NCBI GenBank assembly: GCA_041690135.1
Contig: JAWLHY010000005.1
Span: forward strand, 64,001-128,000
Direction of reading: 5' to 3'
Length of the DNA stretch: 64,000 nt
DNA from: Armatimonadota bacterium
GTDB taxonomy: Bacteria; Armatimonadota; SYMT01
Translations under genes and position numbers: made by a program
Notes under the pieces: generated by a model
The model's database searches: none
Told to the model about the DNA's origin: nothing
The model's input: the letters and a program-made list of their open reading frames with translations, nothing else
Shown: positions 58,712-64,000 of the stretch, piece after piece
How positions within the stretch are numbered: the stretch's first letter is position 1
Layout of the letters: every line of letters starts with the position of its first letter

Positions 58712-59771
58712 CAGCCCAGGGGATTCGGTAGCCCGGGTTTTTCACCGGGATTCGGTACAGGCCTTTGTCGATGGTGACGTAAAGGGTCTTGCTCTCCGGG
58801 CCAATTCCGAATGTGACGTTGCTGGGCACGCCGACCGGCTCTTTGGCTCCGGGCTGCGTGGGCCCCGTTGGGATGAAGCCCACTTCCTTGCCGTTCGGGT
58901 CGATCACCAGGATGCCGGGGCGGAGTAGGCTGCGGAGCGCGAGGTAGATGTTCCCCTTCACGTCGAGCGCCAGGCCGTCGCAGCCCTTCTCGTCGCCGAA
59001 GTCCACGAGCGTGCGCCGAGGACCGCTCACCAGGCCGTCCGCGCCCAGGGGAAAGGCGGAGATGCGCATGGCGCCTGGTTTCGGCGGCGGAGCGTTCGGC
59101 TCCACGCGGTCGCTCCCGTTGTTGTGCTCCACCACGTAAAGCGTGCGGTCATCCGGGCTCAGGGCCACGCCGTTCGGCTTCTCGCAATCGTGGGTCACCT
59201 CGACCAGGCGGCGGTCCTTGGGGTCGAACCGGTAGATTGCCCGGTGCTCCAACTCCCGCTCTTCGTGGCCGAGGTACTTCGGGTCGGCGAAGTAGATCCG
59301 GCCCTTCCGGTCGATGCAGAGATCGTTCGGGGCGTTGAACCGCTTGCCCATGTACCGGTCGACCAGCACCTCCCGTTCGCCGGTCCGGACGTTCCAACGG
59401 GAGAGGCAGCGCCCGCCGTAGTCTGCACCCTCACAGGCGACCAGCCGTCCCTGGGCGTCGAAGTAAAGGCCGTTGGACTTGCGGCTGTCGGCGGCGAAGA
59501 CTGTGGTCTTCTTCGTCTTCGGATCGAACCGCAGGATCATCCCTTTGTCGGTGCCGACCGGGATATCGGAGAAGTAAACGGTGCCGTCCGGGGCTACCGC
59601 CGGCCCCTCCGTCAGGCCACCGCGGATCGGCGCCGTGCGGGTGAAGAGGTGCTCCAGCCGGGCTTGCGGATCCACGATCCCGGCGCCCCGCGGCGGTGGA
59701 ACCTCCCCCGCCGCCCGGACGACCGACACGGCCAGCAGCGAAATTCCAGCAGCAAACAGCCACCTGTGCAT
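58695..59771 (-). CDS. SMP-30/gluconolactonase family protein, secreted
   Basis: TEGP, YFSDI, SNGL, FNAPND, PNGVALSPD, DGL. Confidence 0.92.
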   Translation of the reverse strand: MHRWLFAAGISLLAVSVVRAAGEVPPPRGAGIVDPQARLEHLFTRTAPIRGGLTEGPAVAPDGTVYFSDIPVGTDKGMILRFDPKTKKTTVFAADSRKSNGLYFDAQGRLVACEGADYGGRCLSRWNVRTGEREVLVDRYMGKRFNAPNDLCIDRKGRIYFADPKYLGHEERELEHRAIYRFDPKDRRLVEVTHDCEKPNGVALSPDDRTLYVVEHNNGSDRVEPNAPPPKPGAMRISAFPLGADGLVSGPRRTLVDFGDEKGCDGLALDVKGNIYLALRSLLRPGILVIDPNGKEVGFIPTGPTQPGAKEPVGVPSNVTFGIGPESKTLYVTIDKGLYRIPVKNPGYRIPWAVKTSF

Positions 59772-59928
59772 GGGGGTCCTCCTGTTAAGAACCTGTGCGA
59801 GACCTCTTCACAAATGGAACGGGAGAGTGGGAGAGAGGAAGAATGGGTGCGGTCGGTCGGCGAAATAGTTTCCTTCCTGTGGAAATCGCAACGGCCTTTT
59901 CGCCTCGCACCCGGTCGGAGCCTGGAGG

Positions 59929-59964
59929 AAAGGGGTGGTCACCCGACGCCGAATGACCACCCCT
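59929..59964 (-). terminator. Hairpin, likely terminator downstream of the Gfo/Idh/MocA gene
   Basis: aggggtggtca (59931-41) / tgaccacccct (59954-64); short U-tract on the minus strand. Confidence 0.55.
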
Positions 59965-60084
59965 CCCCTACTTGTCCCAGGACTTCACGCATTACGCGTC
60001 ACGTATCACGCTGCCACTCGGTAACCGCACCTGTCTTGTTTCGGACGGTCCCCACTACGCAATACGTACCACGTAATACGGACC

Positions 60085-61404
60085 TTACAGCTTCCAGGGC
60101 TTGCGGTAAGGCCGGGCCAGCAGGCCGTTGGCCTCCTCGTCCTTGATAAACTCTTCCTTCTTCGCATCCCACTCGAGACGCCGGCCGCCGAGGCGCAAGG
60201 ATGCGGTGCCGAGGTGGCACACCGTTGCCGAGCGGTGGCCGATCTCCGCGGTGCAGATAGGATCCTTGCGGGTGCGCAGGCACTCCAGGAAGTTGCCGAC
60301 GTGGTCGTTGGAAGCGTAGAGCCGGGTGGCGCCTTCGGAGAGGGGCTCCTTCAGCAGCTTCTCGTCGCTCGCCTCGATCCGGCTGCGACTGACGAAAATC
60401 CAGCCCGCGTCGCCTTCGAACCGGACCCCGTTCTCGTTCTTCGACATCGCCAGCACGGTAATGTCGCCGGGGTAGGTGTAGGTGACTTCGAAGTCGACGG
60501 CGCAGTTGTAGCCCCGCGGGTGGGCCGGGAGCATTCCTGTGGACTCCACCGCGATCGGACCGGAATCATCCATGCCCAGCCCCCACTGCGTGATGTCGAG
60601 GTGATGCGCGCCCCAGTCGGTCATCATCCCGCCCGAGTACTCATACCAGTGCCGGAACGAGCCGTGGGTGCGCTCCTTCACGTACTCCGTCCACGGGGCG
60701 GGTCCGAGCCACATATCCCAATCGAAATCGGCCGGCGGGGTGGACGCCTGGAACGGGCCGCCCTTGGAGCCGTTGGGGAGGCGGGCCTCCACGCGCTTGA
60801 TCTTGCCGATGCGCCCGTTGCGGACGAGTTCGCAGGCCAGCCGGAAGCGGGCGTCGGAGCGCTGCTGGCTGCCGACCTGCAGGACCTTGCCGGTCTTCTT
60901 CTGGGCGTCGGAGATCTTGCGGCCTTCCTCGATGAAGAGGGTCAGCGGCTTTTCGCAGTAGACGTCCTTACCCTTCTTCATCGCCGCGATGGCGATGTAG
61001 GTGTGCCAGTGGTCCGGCGTGCCGATGACGACCGCATCGATGTCCTTGCGGTCCAGCACTTCCCGGAAGTCGGCGTAGGCCTTGCAGTCCGGTCCGAAGC
61101 CGGCGGCCGCTTCTTCGCGATGCTGCTTATCGACGTCGCATGCGGCCACGACCTTCACGCCGGGACGGCGCGCCATGTTGCGGGTCACGCCGAGGCCCTG
61201 GCGGAATCCACCCTTGGATCCCCCGGAGCCGATGACGGCGATGTTGATGTGATCGTTGGCGGAGACCTTCTTGGTCTCCTGGGCGGCGCGGTCCAGTTCC
61301 GCCGCCGCGACTTCCTGGGCGTACCAGGAGGGTAGGGCCGCCAGCGAGAGGCCGGCCAGAGAACGGCCCAGAAAACCTCGCCGGGAAACTTCAAGCTCGC
61401 TCAC
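60085..61404 (-). CDS. Tat-exported Gfo/Idh/MocA oxidoreductase
   Basis: SRRGFLG twin-arginine signal, GTPDHWH, YCEKP, WDMWLGPAP, DWGAHHLD. Confidence 0.93.
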   Translation of the reverse strand: MSELEVSRRGFLGRSLAGLSLAALPSWYAQEVAAAELDRAAQETKKVSANDHINIAVIGSGGSKGGFRQGLGVTRNMARRPGVKVVAACDVDKQHREEAAAGFGPDCKAYADFREVLDRKDIDAVVIGTPDHWHTYIAIAAMKKGKDVYCEKPLTLFIEEGRKISDAQKKTGKVLQVGSQQRSDARFRLACELVRNGRIGKIKRVEARLPNGSKGGPFQASTPPADFDWDMWLGPAPWTEYVKERTHGSFRHWYEYSGGMMTDWGAHHLDITQWGLGMDDSGPIAVESTGMLPAHPRGYNCAVDFEVTYTYPGDITVLAMSKNENGVRFEGDAGWIFVSRSRIEASDEKLLKEPLSEGATRLYASNDHVGNFLECLRTRKDPICTAEIGHRSATVCHLGTASLRLGGRRLEWDAKKEEFIKDEEANGLLARPYRKPWKL

Positions 61405-61459
61405 GATTACCTCCGAAAAGCGGGGGCATCTGCGGAAGGACGCAGATGGATACGAGGTA

Positions 61460-61600
61460 TGTTAGGCAGCGTGCGAGACTTGCCCTCCCAGGATTTGGGC
61501 CACCCCTCGGGTGGTAAACGTTGGGCATTAGGAGCGCGGACGTCCCGTCCGCCAGTGGTCAGGTGTTCGGGTGTTCGGGTGGTCAGGTGCTCAGGCGTTG
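61460..61600 (-). repeat. Composite repeat element, copy 2 (inverted relative to 55022-55141)
   Basis: Minus strand cctgaccacccgaacacccgaacacctgaccactggcggacgggacgtccgcgctcc...ccaacgtttaccacccgaggggtgg. Confidence 0.85.
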
Positions 61601-62028
61601 GTCCCACCGTCGGGGTAGGAGTTGGGTGTTAAGCCCTGGGCATTCTGGCTCTCGGCGTGCAGGCATTCAGGCAATTGAATTGCGGGTTTCGCTTCTCACA
61701 TTTTCCGCAGCCCTTGCCGTCATTGCGAGACCGGCTGCGCCGACTGGACTGCGAACACATCCGTTTTAGCACACCGACTCATATCTGGCCGTGTAGCGCC
61801 GTACAGCCGGTCGGGGCAATCCCCCTGGTGAACGGTTGGAGCGCATGAACGCAAACCGCTTCATCAGGGGATGGCTGCAGCTTCTTTGGGGGTGTCCGAA
61901 GGCCCTTCGGCGACGAGTTTTGGCCAGGACGCTGCCACGCTTGTAAAAGTCCAGCCGCCCTGACCCAAGTGTTGCTCATCCTATCTATCCTGTCCATCCT
62001 GTTTTTGCCCTTCCCTACCTGTCTACCG

Positions 62029-62964
62029 TTATCGTGGCGGGGGCACGCGGTCCAGAAGCTCTTCGATGACGGCGGCGGAGGATGCGCCGCCGTAGCGCGC
62101 CTTGGTGTCGAGCAGGATGCGGTGCGCGAGCACGGGGACGGCGAGCGCGCGTACGTCTTCGGGTAGAACGTAGTCGCGGTCGTCTACCAGCGCGCGGGCC
62201 TGCGCGGTGCGGTAGAGGGCGAGGGAGCCGCGGGGCGACACCCCCAGACGGAGACGGGGATCGGTTCGCGACTGCTGCACGACGCGGAGGATGTACTCGG
62301 CCACCGCCTTGTCCACCCGCACGGCGCGCACGCGGGCCTGGAGGTCCAGCACTTCGGTGCAGCCCGCCACCGGCTGGAGGTCCTCCAGGGGATGGTGGTC
62401 GTTCTGGCCGTACAGCACCTCCAGTTCATGTTCCAGGTCCGGGTAGCCCAGGGTTACCCGCACGCTGAACCGGTCCAACTGGGCTTCCGGAAGGGGGTAG
62501 GTGCCGTGGAACTCGACCGGGTTCTGGGTGGCGATGACGAAGAATGGCTGGGGCAGGTCGCGACGGCGACCCTCCACGGTGGCCTGGTTCTCGCTCATTA
62601 CTTCCAGGAGCGCCGACTGGGTGCGTGGCGAGGTGCGGTTGATCTCGTCGGCGAGCAGGACGTTGGCGAATACGGGGCCCTCGCGGAAAGAGAAGGTGCC
62701 GTCTTTCGGGTTGTAGATGCTGCTTCCCAGGATGTCCGCCGGGAGGAGGTCGGGCGTAAATTGGATGCGCCGGAACTCCCCGTCGATGGACCGGGCCAGG
62801 GCCTTGGCCAGGGTCGTCTTCCCGGTTCCCGGTACGTCTTCCAGGAGGGCGTGGCCGCCGGCGAACAGGGAGAGGAGCACCAACCGAATGCTCTCCTCTT
62901 TTCCCCGGATCACCTGGCCCAGGTTGCGTTCGATGTTTTGAATGATCTGTGTCGATTGGCCCAT
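62029..62964 (-). CDS. MoxR family AAA+ ATPase
   Basis: LLEDVPGTGKT, RIQFTPDLLP, LADEINR, ATQNPVE, YPLPEAQLDRF. Confidence 0.95.
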   Translation of the reverse strand: MGQSTQIIQNIERNLGQVIRGKEESIRLVLLSLFAGGHALLEDVPGTGKTTLAKALARSIDGEFRRIQFTPDLLPADILGSSIYNPKDGTFSFREGPVFANVLLADEINRTSPRTQSALLEVMSENQATVEGRRRDLPQPFFVIATQNPVEFHGTYPLPEAQLDRFSVRVTLGYPDLEHELEVLYGQNDHHPLEDLQPVAGCTEVLDLQARVRAVRVDKAVAEYILRVVQQSRTDPRLRLGVSPRGSLALYRTAQARALVDDRDYVLPEDVRALAVPVLAHRILLDTKARYGGASSAAVIEELLDRVPPPR

Positions 62965-63048
62965 GTGTTGGTCGCTATCTGCTCCCGCGGTTGGATCTGT
63001 TCTACAACCCTTATCGTGTTTTCGGCGAGTATGGGTACGTGCCGAGGC

Positions 63049-64000
63049 TCAGTTCCGCGCGGCGGGGGCCCTATCCCCGGATGGGGAGGCTTCCAGTTGC
63101 CGTAGTTGCGCGTCGAGCTCCGCCAGTGTTTCCGGAGTTGGTGCGCCGCCGAAGCGGGCGCGGTTGTACCGGTCTACGAAGGCGCCGAGAGGTTTCAGTA
63201 TCTCCTCGCGCGGACGTGAGACTGGAGTATCGCCGGCATCGAGAACTCCCTCGTGAAGTGGCGCGCGTGCGAGTTTCTCCAGGTGCTCGTTCCAGGTGCG
63301 GTCCGCTGGGCAGTCGTAACCGCGGCGGCCGAGGAGCATCTCGAACCGGCGGGCCAGCGCCTCCATATCCGGCGGCGTCGAGTAACGGTACACAGGTTCC
63401 GGGGCCAGCCGCTTCTGGCGCCGGATATCGCGCCAGACCAGGAAGGCGATCACCGACACACCGATGATCACGGCGCCGGTAATGCCCACGCTGCGGACGA
63501 TGCTTCCGCGGAGCACGTCGATCGCATCTTGCATCCACTCGGAGAGCCGCGTCCATGCGGGAATCGGTCCGTCCGTCGCATCCGGCCGGCCGGTGGCAGG
63601 TGTGGCTTCGACGGTAACCCACCGCTCGCCCGCGCCTCCTTCTCCCGGCACGAGGGCCTCCGCCCACGCGTGCGCGTCACGCTGCCGGGCGATCAGCAGC
63701 CCTAATCCGGTTCTCTCGTGGAGGTAGTAACCGGATACGTAGCGGGCGGGCACGCCCAGGCAGCGAAGCAGAATCACGGCGGACGAGGCGAAGTACTCGC
63801 AGTGGGCCGCCTTGCGCTCCAGCAGAAAGTTGGAGACAGGGTCTCCCACCCCCGGGTTGGTGGAAAGGCTGTATTCGTGATTTCGCGTAAGGTAGGTCTC
63901 GACCGCCTCGACCAGCGCGCGGGTATTTCTCCCTTCCAGGCCTACTGGTTCCCCCCCTCTCCCGTTTGGGACGGACCTTCCGGTGCTGGGGCTGGGGATC
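63049..64000 (-). CDS. Transglutaminase-like domain membrane protein (5' truncated by window)
   Basis: Frame stays open to the window edge; HCEYFAS, ARYVSGY, DAHAWAE, then TM helix and C-terminal helical domain. Confidence 0.88.
   Translation of the reverse strand, partial: IPSPSTGRSVPNGRGGEPVGLEGRNTRALVEAVETYLTRNHEYSLSTNPGVGDPVSNFLLERKAAHCEYFASSAVILLRCLGVPARYVSGYYLHERTGLGLLIARQRDAHAWAEALVPGEGGAGERWVTVEATPATGRPDATDGPIPAWTRLSEWMQDAIDVLRGSIVRSVGITGAVIIGVSVIAFLVWRDIRRQKRLAPEPVYRYSTPPDMEALARRFEMLLGRRGYDCPADRTWNEHLEKLARAPLHEGVLDAGDTPVSRPREEILKPLGAFVDRYNRARFGGAPTPETLAELDAQLRQLEASPSGDRAPAARN

Noticed and set aside
62029-64000. MoxR plus transglutaminase as a novel system
   Set aside because: Common MoxR-DUF58-transglutaminase module; the missing DUF58 gene may lie outside the window

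Overview
GC-rich, gene-dense bacterial chromosome segment with about 49 CDS. A prepilin/DUF1559 H-X9-DG protein, a PEP-CTERM protein and a DUF1501 protein suggest an Armatimonadota-like organism (inference). Most genes are housekeeping or metabolic (prfC, serS, hemY-hemH, lipB, ubiE/menG, kynU, S1-domain protein, dehydrogenases). I found no rRNA, tRNA, CRISPR array, prophage or transposase. The most notable items are: (1) an archaeal-style nurA / HAS-barrel / herA / mre11(sbcD) DNA end-resection operon with no adjacent rad50/sbcC, 3 kb from an ATP-dependent DNA ligase; (2) two unannotated ~150-nt rod-shaped structured RNA candidates in intergenic DNA (54243-54392, 6S-like architecture; 39342-39493); (3) a three-gene membrane module with two differently anchored SPFH proteins; (4) a degenerate REC-HD-GYP protein upstream of a pilin-like gene with a structured 5' leader; (5) a dispersed REP/short-tandem-repeat composite element, one copy of which supplies the kynU start region. 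All calls come from reading motifs by eye, without database searches.
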